DNA from: an uncultured Gemmatimonadales bacterium
Lineage (GTDB): Bacteria; Gemmatimonadota; Gemmatimonadetes; Gemmatimonadales; GWC2-71-9
Assembly: GCA_963828735.1 (NCBI GenBank)
Contig: CAWHFW010000005.1
Coordinates: 2,240,001-2,304,000 of the forward strand
Direction of reading: 5' to 3'
Length of the DNA stretch: 64,000 nucleotides
Below the pieces are notes generated by a model. The model ran no database searches, was not told the DNA's origin, and saw only the letters and a program-made list of their open reading frames with translations. Positions 47,907-56,033 of the stretch are shown piece by piece; the first letter of the stretch is position 1; every line of letters begins with the position of its first letter. The position numbers were made by a program, and so were the translations under genes.

Positions 47907-49057
47907 GCCACCCCCCGTGCGCGCCGTGCCGTCGCGTGGTACACGGCGTCCGCGGCGGCGGCAAGCGCCGCGGTGCAGCGGTCGCCGTCTGCCGCATGGG
48001 CGAAGACGGTGCAGATGGGGCGCCCGGCGGCGATCCGCTCCCCGGGGTGCGGAACGTCGGCGATCTCGGCTTTCCACCGCGCCGGATCCCCCACCAGGAC
48101 ATCGTGCCGCGCGAACACGATCGCCTTCCCGCAGACGCGCACGCTCGGCTCGGGAGCTTCGGGCAGCGTCCCGGCACAGGCATCGAGATGCGCTCGAAAG
48201 AGCGAGAGGCCGGTGGCGCGTTCTACCAGCTCCATGGACGCCGAGTACCGCGGGTTCACCTCGATCGGGTAGGGCACGCCGTTCCGGGCGATGAAATCGA
48301 TGCCGTTGAGCCCTTGCAAGCCGAACGCCGCGGTCACGGCATCCGCGAGCGCCACGGCACGCCCATACAGCTCTGCCTGCCGCACGAACAGCACTGTCTT
48401 GCGGGCTGCGAGCAGGCTGCCGCAATAGCGGAAGCCCTGTGATCCGAACGCTCGGTGGCCGACCAGCTGGCGTGTGAGGCCGAGCGTCACCGCCCGGCGG
48501 CCGTCGGCGACGAAGATGATCGAGCCCGGCGGGCCGGCGATCCGCTCCTGGAGGTACGCGCCGCGCGGCACCGGTTGTCCGCGGCTCCACGCTCGCGTGC
48601 CGTGCCCACCGCCCGACCGTCTCGGCTTGAGCAGCCACCGACGAGCGTCGAGCGACGGCGTCGGCACGCTCGCGCGGGTGATCGGCACGGCGACCCCGGC
48701 GGCCGCGAGCGCCCGAGCGAGCGCCAGCGGGTTGCGGACGCGCGCGAGAACCTCGGGTGGGTTCCCCAGCAGGCGTCGCCCACGCGAGAGCACCGCGACG
48801 GCGGCGGGATGGTTTTCGAAGTTGGAGGTGTAGGCGATCAGCTCGGCGCTCACGCGGGAGGCCGCGCGAGCGGCTGTTGCGGCCCCGTATGGGCGCGCGC
48901 CCTTGTGACGGAGCGGTACGACGTCCGCGACGGCCCGGAGATCGAGGTCGCCGAAGGCGTCCACCACGGTCACCCGATACCCCGCGCGTGCGGCCGATTC
49001 GGCGAGCGCGCGGGTCGAAACGCCCGCCAGCAGGATGTGACCGCGCCGATCAGACAT
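47903..49057 (-). CDS. ATP-grasp protein, OrfY-like (H4MPT/methylofuran cluster)
   Basis: GVSTRALAESA..AG, DAFGDLD, FEN.P, KPRRSGGG, GLNGIDF, EVNPR..AS.E, PICTV. Confidence 0.82.
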   Translation of the reverse strand: MSDRRGHILLAGVSTRALAESAARAGYRVTVVDAFGDLDLRAVADVVPLRHKGARPYGAATAARAASRVSAELIAYTSNFENHPAAVAVLSRGRRLLGNPPEVLARVRNPLALARALAAAGVAVPITRASVPTPSLDARRWLLKPRRSGGGHGTRAWSRGQPVPRGAYLQERIAGPPGSIIFVADGRRAVTLGLTRQLVGHRAFGSQGFRYCGSLLAARKTVLFVRQAELYGRAVALADAVTAAFGLQGLNGIDFIARNGVPYPIEVNPRYSASMELVERATGLSLFRAHLDACAGTLPEAPEPSVRVCGKAIVFARHDVLVGDPARWKAEIADVPHPGERIAAGRPICTVFAHAADGDRCTAALAAAADAVYHATARRARGVA

Positions 49058-50102
49058 CAGGCAGGCCCAGCCGTCGCCGTGCGGTGGCCGGTGCGATGAC
49101 GTGCAGGTGGTCGAGCACCGTTCCTGTCGCCTCCCGAATCCTGAGTCGGTCCACCAGGCCGCGGTGCGTCCCGCCGGCCAAGCCGTCGGCGAGGACGGCG
49201 GCGCCCTGTGCCCCCTGCTTGGCGCACGCGGCAAAGCCCGTCAGCGTCAATACCTCGCCCAGATCCGCGATCGCGGCCGCCACCCGGCGCCGGATCTCGG
49301 GATCCGCGGCATGTCGCCCCGAGAGCAGGATCTCGTCGGCCTCCGGCGCGGCCGTCCGGAGAACGCGCACCGCGCGGGCGGCCCCTTCGATGTAGGCCTC
49401 GAGCGTCGCCTCGCGGAGGGTCGGGTCAGCTCGCGAGATCCGCTCCACGCCACCGTCGAACAGCATCCCCTTCGTCACCTCGGCCGCGAGGTATGCCACC
49501 TCGCCATCCAGTGCGCCCGCGGCGCGCCACCCGATCGGCCCGCTGGTGCCGCCCAGTCCATCCACGATCTGCCCGCGCTGGACGGCGAGCGCGGCCGTGA
49601 ATGCCCCACCCAGTTCGAGCAGCACCAGCGAAACATCCTCCGGACGACGACCCCGCTTGGCGCCGCGCTCCGCGATCGCGAGCGCGGCGGCACAGACCTT
49701 GTCGGCCGTACCCAGGTCGACCCGGTTGAGCTTCCGGTGGCGGGGCACGGTGTCGAGGTGCACCACGCCGGGCGTGAGCATCAACGGCAGGCCCGCCTCG
49801 TCGAGACGCCGCGTGAGCGCCCGCAGGCCGCCGATCCCGCCCGTTTCACCAGGCGATGCCAGGAACGCGAGCCTCAGGTCGTCCTCGCTCGCATCGCGGG
49901 CCATACGGAGAGGCAGTCCGTACCCGGAAGGGCCGACCACCAGTTCGACGGGGCCGGCGGCGAGCAGGGCGCGCACCAGCGGACGGACATCCGCCATCAC
50001 GTCCGCCGTCGGCCAGCTCGCATCGAGGAAGAGGCGGCCGTCGTCGAGGCCGCAGACGTCGAGGCTCAGCGTGCCTGGGTCGATTCCCGCGACGCGCGGC
50101 AC
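49050..50102 (-). CDS. DUF1464 family protein (ASKHA, butyrate-kinase-like)
   Basis: GIDPGT.S.D, GPSGYGLP, PGVVHL.TVP..RKLN..DLGTADK, G.IVDG.GGT, LDGEVAY, K.GAQG.A..A.GLAGG. Confidence 0.75.
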   Translation of the reverse strand: MPRVAGIDPGTLSLDVCGLDDGRLFLDASWPTADVMADVRPLVRALLAAGPVELVVGPSGYGLPLRMARDASEDDLRLAFLASPGETGGIGGLRALTRRLDEAGLPLMLTPGVVHLDTVPRHRKLNRVDLGTADKVCAAALAIAERGAKRGRRPEDVSLVLLELGGAFTAALAVQRGQIVDGLGGTSGPIGWRAAGALDGEVAYLAAEVTKGMLFDGGVERISRADPTLREATLEAYIEGAARAVRVLRTAAPEADEILLSGRHAADPEIRRRVAAAIADLGEVLTLTGFAACAKQGAQGAAVLADGLAGGTHRGLVDRLRIREATGTVLDHLHVIAPATARRRLGLPDV

Positions 50103-50106
50103 CGAC

Positions 50107-50979
50107 TCACCGCTTCTGTTTCACCATCTCCCGTGCCACGTCCGCGATCGCCTCGGCGTCGAGGACCAGATCGTTCCGGGTGAAGAGCTTCGCGACGCAC
50201 GCCTTGTGGAGCTTGGTCTTGAAGTTGCCCACGCCGAACGCGCCGAACACCGTCACGCCCTCCCGCTCCTCGCCGGCGTCCTTGACCTCGACGCCTTCGA
50301 TGCCGAGCGGCGGCACGGCGTTGAGGTCCACCGCGATCTTGAGCGTCTTGACGCTGGTCCACGCCGCTTTGGGCACCATCTGCACGCCGGCCGGACCGGA
50401 GTTGAGCAGTACGTCCACGCCATCCAGCAGTTCGGGCAGCTTGGACGGATCGCTCATCGCGACGGCCTTCACCTCGACGCTGAAGCGGGCGTCGATGAAC
50501 TGCCGCGCCTTGTCGCCCTGCTCGGGCTTGCGCGACGTGATCGTGACGCGCGCGCCGTCCTTCGCGAGCAGTCCGGCCGCCCGCTGGCCGACCGGTCCCG
50601 TGCCCGCCAGGATGAGAATGTTCTTGCCCGTGAGATCCCCGAACAGCTCCTCGATCTTGACCACCGCGGCGACCGCCGTGGTGTTCGAGCCGTTGGAGTC
50701 GAGCATGATCGAGACGCAGAACGGCGCGAAGAGCGAGTCCTGCGCCATGGCGAGGAGCTGCTCGCCGGCCGACATGTTGTTGCCGCCGATCCAGACCGCG
50801 GTGTTGTGCAGGTCCTTGGTGCCGCGGGTGAAGATGCAGCCGTGGATGAGATCGCGGACATCCCCTTCGGTCACGCCGCCGTAGCTCATGATCGCGTCGG
50901 CACCGGCATCGTAGGCCACCACCTGGTCGAACACACTCGGCAACCGTGAACTGTCGAGCTGGAGCAGAAGCTTTCGCAT
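50107..50979 (-). CDS. NAD(P)-dependent methylene-H4MPT dehydrogenase (MtdA/MtdC-like)
   Basis: KLLLQLD...PSVFD.VVAYDAG, IFTRG, DSNGSNTTA, GTGPVG, DLNAVPPLG. Confidence 0.88.
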   Translation of the reverse strand: MRKLLLQLDSSRLPSVFDQVVAYDAGADAIMSYGGVTEGDVRDLIHGCIFTRGTKDLHNTAVWIGGNNMSAGEQLLAMAQDSLFAPFCVSIMLDSNGSNTTAVAAVVKIEELFGDLTGKNILILAGTGPVGQRAAGLLAKDGARVTITSRKPEQGDKARQFIDARFSVEVKAVAMSDPSKLPELLDGVDVLLNSGPAGVQMVPKAAWTSVKTLKIAVDLNAVPPLGIEGVEVKDAGEEREGVTVFGAFGVGNFKTKLHKACVAKLFTRNDLVLDAEAIADVAREMVKQKR

Positions 50980-51015
50980 CGCCGAACCCATCTCCGTCCG
51001 TCAGAAGGTCCTGGG

Positions 51016-51054
51016 AAAAATACGAGGGGCGGCCCGACCTCGGGCGCCCCTCGT
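51016..51054 (-). terminator. Intrinsic terminator between fae and mtd
   Basis: acgaggggcg..cgcccctcgt stem followed on the minus strand by ATTTTT. Confidence 0.65.
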
Positions 51055-51083
51055 CGACACGCCGGGAATGCGGGACTGTACGA

Positions 51084-51596
51084 TCAGCCCTCGGCGCCGC
51101 TGGCGAACGGATGCCGCGCGGCCTTGTACTTCGAGAGCACCTCGTCGACGGTGGGCGTGCCCTTGAGCGCCCGGGCGATCGACTCCTTCACCGCCTGGTA
51201 GTTGAAGGAATAGATCTTCTTGTCGTCTTCGGCCTGCCAGTGGATAAACACGCCCACGAGGATGCAGAGGTCGTTCGCCTGCGTCTTCGAGATGACCCCC
51301 TCGTTCACCGAATCCATGACTGCGCGGGCGACGGCCGCCTGCGCCGGGCCGAACATCTGCACGGCCTGCTTCGCACCCTTGATGGTGACCTTGTTGAAGA
51401 GCAGCGTGTCCGGCTTGCAGGGAAGGTTCGGGGTTACCACGGCGAGAAGAGTGGAGAAGCCGTCTTTGTTGTTGGAGAGCGCGTGGGTGAAGGCTGCACC
51501 GGCCGACCCGGACTTCGATCCGATGATCAGGTCGATATGCGCAATCTCGTTGCCATCGCCGACGAGCGACTCACCGATGAAGAAATCCGCGGCCAT
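51084..51596 (-). CDS. fae: Formaldehyde-activating enzyme
   Basis: [60 protein letters not shown]. Confidence 0.95.
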   Translation of the reverse strand: MAADFFIGESLVGDGNEIAHIDLIIGSKSGSAGAAFTHALSNNKDGFSTLLAVVTPNLPCKPDTLLFNKVTIKGAKQAVQMFGPAQAAVARAVMDSVNEGVISKTQANDLCILVGVFIHWQAEDDKKIYSFNYQAVKESIARALKGTPTVDEVLSKYKAARHPFASGAEG

Positions 51597-51773
51597 ACCT
51601 GCCTCCATGTGCGATTTGGTGAAGAGCGAGAGGATTTGGCGAAACATACGCAGCTCGACCAGGCGAAGAGTGAGGCCGGCACCGGAGCGACGTGGATGGA
51701 GCGAGGCCACGCAGTCCCGCCAATTGGCGGGTAGCTCGTACTTTGGCGACGCAAGTCCTGCGTAGAGGCCACT

Positions 51774-51802
51774 AGTATGGACGTGACCTAAATACCTGTC
51801 AA
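51774..51802 (-). promoter_or_regulatory. Sigma70 promoter for the fae operon
   Basis: TTGACA-N17-CATACT on the minus strand. Confidence 0.7.
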
Positions 51803-51839
51803 GGAGTCATGCACCCCCCGCAGGCACTCTCCGGGCACG

Positions 51840-51868
51840 TTGCCCGAAATCGTCTTTCGGTGTATATT
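51840..51868 (+). promoter_or_regulatory. Divergent sigma70-like promoter
   Basis: TTGCCC-N17-TATATT. Confidence 0.5.
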
Positions 51869-51898
51869 CGGTTCTCTCGGAAACACTGCAAGTGATTC

Positions 51899-52171
51899 AT
51901 GAACAAGACCTTACCAAAAAAGACCGAGCTCAGGCCCTCCACTCGCCGACCACGGGTGACGCCGGCCGTGTGTCCCACGCCCAGCCGGTACCATGCCTTC
52001 CTGAAGCGGCTTCGCGCAGGCGGACGCAGCAACATGTACGGCGCCATCCCTTACCTGATGGAGGCATTCGACGTCGATAGGGAATCAGCCTTTCGCATCG
52101 TGTGCGAGTGGCTCGATCAGCAGAGGAACGAGGCGGCGCCGCCCCCTGCCGCAGCGTCCGCGCGACGCTGA
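51899..52171 (+). CDS. Small helical hypothetical protein
   Basis: YHAFLKRLRAGGRSNMYGAIPYLMEAFDVDRESAFRIVCEWL looks like a real globular helical domain; start uncertain. Confidence 0.6.
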   Translation: MNKTLPKKTELRPSTRRPRVTPAVCPTPSRYHAFLKRLRAGGRSNMYGAIPYLMEAFDVDRESAFRIVCEWLDQQRNEAAPPPAAASARR

Positions 52172-52256
52172 CGTTCCGGCGGCCGTCGCCCTTGCTGGAG
52201 GACGCGCGCTTCGAAGAGGGCCGGTGACTGCTCAATGCTCACAACGACTTACGTGC

Positions 52257-52271
52257 TGGCACGAGGCTGGC
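52257..52271 (+). promoter_or_regulatory. Possible sigma54 promoter
   Basis: TGGCACGAGGCTGGC (GG-N10-GC) about 45 nt before ATG 52315. Confidence 0.4.
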
Positions 52272-52314
52272 GTTTCGGGGAGCCGCAGGTTTCCCAACTT
52301 CAGTCGAGGAGTCT

Positions 52315-52752
52315 ATGAGGACCAGCATCGTCGCGGGGTCGCTGCTCGCCGCTCTGTCACTCGTCGCGCCGCTTGCCGCTCAGCAGGTCTCGGCCGACGT
52401 AGTGCTGCGGAGCGGGCCGGTCGCCGGCCGAGTCATCGTCGGCGACGGGTATTCCACCTACCACCGTCCCGTGGTGTACCGCCGAGTACCGGCGCGCGTC
52501 ATCGTCGTCGAGCGGGTCTACGTCCGTGGTCACCCGGCGCTGAAGCACTGGCGTCAGCACGGCTACCGGCAGCTGGTGGTGTACTACCGGGATGGGCGCT
52601 ATTACGACCGGAACGTGCGCACCTGGCCCGCTATGCGAGAGGTCGTCGTCTATGAGCGCGACGGCCGGTACTACCAGTTCTGCGACGAGCGCGAATGCAA
52701 CAACGGCTACCACGATCCTCACCGGCACGGGGACGACCGCGATTGGGACTGA
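52315..52752 (+). CDS. Exported Tyr/Arg-rich hypothetical protein
   Basis: GAGGAG RBS, signal peptide ending LAA-Q, repeated VVYY/ERDGRYY. Confidence 0.7.
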   Translation: MRTSIVAGSLLAALSLVAPLAAQQVSADVVLRSGPVAGRVIVGDGYSTYHRPVVYRRVPARVIVVERVYVRGHPALKHWRQHGYRQLVVYYRDGRYYDRNVRTWPAMREVVVYERDGRYYQFCDERECNNGYHDPHRHGDDRDWD

Positions 52753-52920
52753 CCTGTCCGCGCGCCTTCCGGCGCCTGATCACCCAGATCCAGGTCGGTT
52801 GAAGGACCAGACATCCCCGCCATGCGCGGGGATGTCTGCATTCGAGGCATCTGTGTCGAGTCCCTGCGACGATCGGTCAGGAGCCTGCATCTCCTACTGC
52901 GGAGGAGAAAGAGAGTTTTC

Positions 52921-55900
52921 GTGGCCCGTTCGAACAAGTCCTTCGCCGCAGGTGTGGCGGTCGCCGTGCTGCTTACGGCGCCGCGTCTGGCTACGCCCGC
53001 CCAGGCACAGTACTTCGGCCGCAACAAGGTTCAGTACCAGAGCTTCGACTTCAAGATTCTCCACACCCAGCACTTCGACGTCTACTACTATCCCGAGGAG
53101 CAGCTCGCCGGCGAGTTGACCGGGCGGATGGCAGAGCGTTGGTACACGCGGCTGAGCACCGTGCTGCATCACGAGCTGGCCGGTCGGCAGCCGCTCATTG
53201 TCTATGCCACCCAAGCCCAGTTCGAACAGACCAACGTCGTTCAGGGCCTCGGCGAAGGCACGGGTGGCGTGACCGAGGCGCTTCGCCGGCGGATCGTTCT
53301 CCCGACCGGTGGCACGCTCGGGGACCTGAACCACGTGATCGGCCACGAGCTGACCCACGCCTTCCAGTACGACATGACCGGCGGGACGGCGAAAGGGGGA
53401 GCGCCGCCGAGCGCCGCCAACATGCCGCTCTGGTTCATCGAGGGTATGGCGGAATACCTCTCCCTCGGCCCAGCCGCCCCGCTGACTGCCATGTGGATGC
53501 GCGGCGCCGTCCAGGATACCGTCCGCGACTCGCTGCCGAACTTCAGGCAGCTCGAGGATCCGCGATTCTTCCCCTACCGCTACGGTCAAGCGCTGCTTGC
53601 CTACGTTGGCGGTACCTACGGCGATGACCGGATCGGCGAGCTCCTGCGCAACGCCGGCCGAACGCATGGGGTGGACCAGGCGATTCGAGGTGTGCTGAGC
53701 CTCACGCCCGACCAGCTCATCGCCAACTGGCATGCGGCCACGCACGCGGACTACGACTCACTTCGGAGCCGGACCGACCTGCCGGATCGGTACGGACCGA
53801 AGCTGGTCGGCGTGAACGGCGAGGACGTCGGCCAGTACAACCTGGCGCCGTCGCTGAGCCCGGACGGCACTCAGATGATGTTCTTCTCCGACCGTGATCA
53901 GTTCAGCGTCGATCTCTTTCTGGCGGACGCGCGTACGGGGAAGGTGAAGCGCCAGATCACCCGCACCGCCGTGGACCCGCACCTCGAGAGCCTGCAGTTC
54001 ATCCAGTCCGCGGGGAGCTGGTCGGACGACGGACAGCGCTTTGTGTTTGCGGGCATCGAGGGCGGCCGCCCCAACCTCAACATCTACGATGTCGCGCGCG
54101 GACGCATCGAGCGCGAGATCCGCCTGCCCCAGCTCGGCGACATTCTCAATCCGAGCTGGTCCCCCGACGGGCACGAGATCGCGTTCTCCGCGCTGGTCGG
54201 CGGCCTGAGCGACGTGTTCGTGTACGACCTCCGGACCAACGCGCTGCACCGCCTGACCAACGACGCGTACTCGGACCTGCAGCCGAGCTGGTCCCCGGAT
54301 GGGCGACGCATCGCGTTCGCGACGGACCGCTTCACCACCAACCTCAAGGACCTCGCGATCGGGCCCTATTCGCTCGCGATCCTGGACCGGGCGACCGGGC
54401 GCATCACGGCCGTGCCCGGGTTCACTGGGGCGAAGCATCTCAACCCGCAGTGGTCGCCCGACGGAACGAGCCTGTACTTCGTGTCCGATCCGGGCGGGAT
54501 CGCGAACGTCTACCGCGTCCGGCTCTCGGACAGCGCGCTCACCCAGGTCACCAACCTCTTTACCGGGGTCAGCGGAATCACCGAGACCAGCCCGGCGATC
54601 ACCGTGGCCGCCCGAAGCGGCCGGCTGGCCTACAGCGTGTTCCGCACGAACGGTTACGAGCTCTACGCCATCGACTCGCCCGAAATTCTCGCCGGTCGGC
54701 CGGTGACGACGACGACGCACTGGCTTGCCGCGGCGTTGCCGCCCATCAAGCGGGAGAGCTCGGTGCTGGCCAGCGTGCTGACCGATCCCGGCACCGGCCT
54801 ACCGCCCGACACGACCTTCCGCTCGTCGCGGTACAAGCCGGGCCTGTCGCTTACGGCCGTGGGCCAGCCGTCGTTGGCCGTGGGGTCGAGCGAGTTCGGG
54901 ACCTATGTCGGCGGCGGCGTGTCGCTGTACTGGACCGACGAGCTGGGTAACAGGAACCTGGTAACCGGTCTGCAGGTGAACGGGGGAATCAGGGACGTCA
55001 CGGGCATCGTGGGCTACCAGAACATGAGTCACCGCCTCAACTGGGGGGCCGTGATCGAGCAGGTCCCCTATCTCACCGGCCAATTCGCGGCGGGCATCAC
55101 GGAGATCAACGGGGAGCCGGTATACGTCGAGCAGCAGCTGCTCCAGCGACAGACGAATCGCGACCTCACGGGCTTCATCTCCTATCCCTTCAACACGGCG
55201 AAGCGGGTCGAGCTCTCCGCGGGAGTCAACAACATCACGTTCGACAATGAGCTCCAGACGCAGGGATTTTCCCAGCTCACGGGTCAACAGGTGCTGGATA
55301 CCAAGGTGAACCTGCCCGCGGGCAGCGCGCTCAACCTCGGGGTCGCGAGCGCGGCGCTCGTGTACGACAACTCGCTCCTGGGCGCGACCGGTCCGATTCT
55401 GGGCCAGCGGTACCGGCTGGAGGCGAGCCCGACGTTCGGCTCGCTCAACTACGTGAGCGCCCTCGTGGACTACCGCCGCTACTTCATGCCCGTGAGGCCG
55501 TTCACGCTCGCGGCGAGGATCATGCACTACGGGCGCTACGGGTCGGGGAGCGAGGATCCGCGAATACAGCCGCTCTTCCTCGGATGGCCCGGTCTCGTGC
55601 GCGGGTATCGGATCGGCACGTTCAACGCGTCCGAGTGCCGCCCGACCGTCAGCGACCCGAACGGGTGCCCGGTCTTTGACCAGCTGGTTGGGAGCCGCAT
55701 GCTCGTCGGCAACCTGGAGCTTCGATTCCCGCTGCTCGGTGTGCTGGGCGTGGGGTCCGGCTACTACGGAGCGCTGCCGATCGATTTCACGGTCTTCGGC
55801 GACGGCGGCCTGGCCTGGGACAACGCCGACGAGCCCCGGCTCACCGGGGGTAGCCGGCAACCGGTCTTCAGCGCCGGCGCCGGCCTTCGATTCAACCTGT

Positions 55901-55995
55901 TTGGCTTCGCGGTGGCGGAGTTCAATCTGGTGCGTCCGTTCGAGCGGCCGGACAAGAAATGGGTGTGGGAAGTGAACCTGATTCAGGGGTTCTGA
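52921..55995 (+). CDS. Omp85/BamA-type outer membrane protein with N-terminal HExxH peptidase-like and TolB/PD40 propeller domains
   Basis: YFGRNKVQY, HELTH, WFIEGMAEY, repeated PSWSPDG, VRGY, NLELRFP, C-terminal F. Confidence 0.85.
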   Translation: MARSNKSFAAGVAVAVLLTAPRLATPAQAQYFGRNKVQYQSFDFKILHTQHFDVYYYPEEQLAGELTGRMAERWYTRLSTVLHHELAGRQPLIVYATQAQFEQTNVVQGLGEGTGGVTEALRRRIVLPTGGTLGDLNHVIGHELTHAFQYDMTGGTAKGGAPPSAANMPLWFIEGMAEYLSLGPAAPLTAMWMRGAVQDTVRDSLPNFRQLEDPRFFPYRYGQALLAYVGGTYGDDRIGELLRNAGRTHGVDQAIRGVLSLTPDQLIANWHAATHADYDSLRSRTDLPDRYGPKLVGVNGEDVGQYNLAPSLSPDGTQMMFFSDRDQFSVDLFLADARTGKVKRQITRTAVDPHLESLQFIQSAGSWSDDGQRFVFAGIEGGRPNLNIYDVARGRIEREIRLPQLGDILNPSWSPDGHEIAFSALVGGLSDVFVYDLRTNALHRLTNDAYSDLQPSWSPDGRRIAFATDRFTTNLKDLAIGPYSLAILDRATGRITAVPGFTGAKHLNPQWSPDGTSLYFVSDPGGIANVYRVRLSDSALTQVTNLFTGVSGITETSPAITVAARSGRLAYSVFRTNGYELYAIDSPEILAGRPVTTTTHWLAAALPPIKRESSVLASVLTDPGTGLPPDTTFRSSRYKPGLSLTAVGQPSLAVGSSEFGTYVGGGVSLYWTDELGNRNLVTGLQVNGGIRDVTGIVGYQNMSHRLNWGAVIEQVPYLTGQFAAGITEINGEPVYVEQQLLQRQTNRDLTGFISYPFNTAKRVELSAGVNNITFDNELQTQGFSQLTGQQVLDTKVNLPAGSALNLGVASAALVYDNSLLGATGPILGQRYRLEASPTFGSLNYVSALVDYRRYFMPVRPFTLAARIMHYGRYGSGSEDPRIQPLFLGWPGLVRGYRIGTFNASECRPTVSDPNGCPVFDQLVGSRMLVGNLELRFPLLGVLGVGSGYYGALPIDFTVFGDGGLAWDNADEPRLTGGSRQPVFSAGAGLRFNLFGFAVAEFNLVRPFERPDKKWVWEVNLIQGF

Positions 55996-56033
55996 CCGTT
56001 TACAATCGGTCCTCGCCGGGCGTTCATTCCCCC

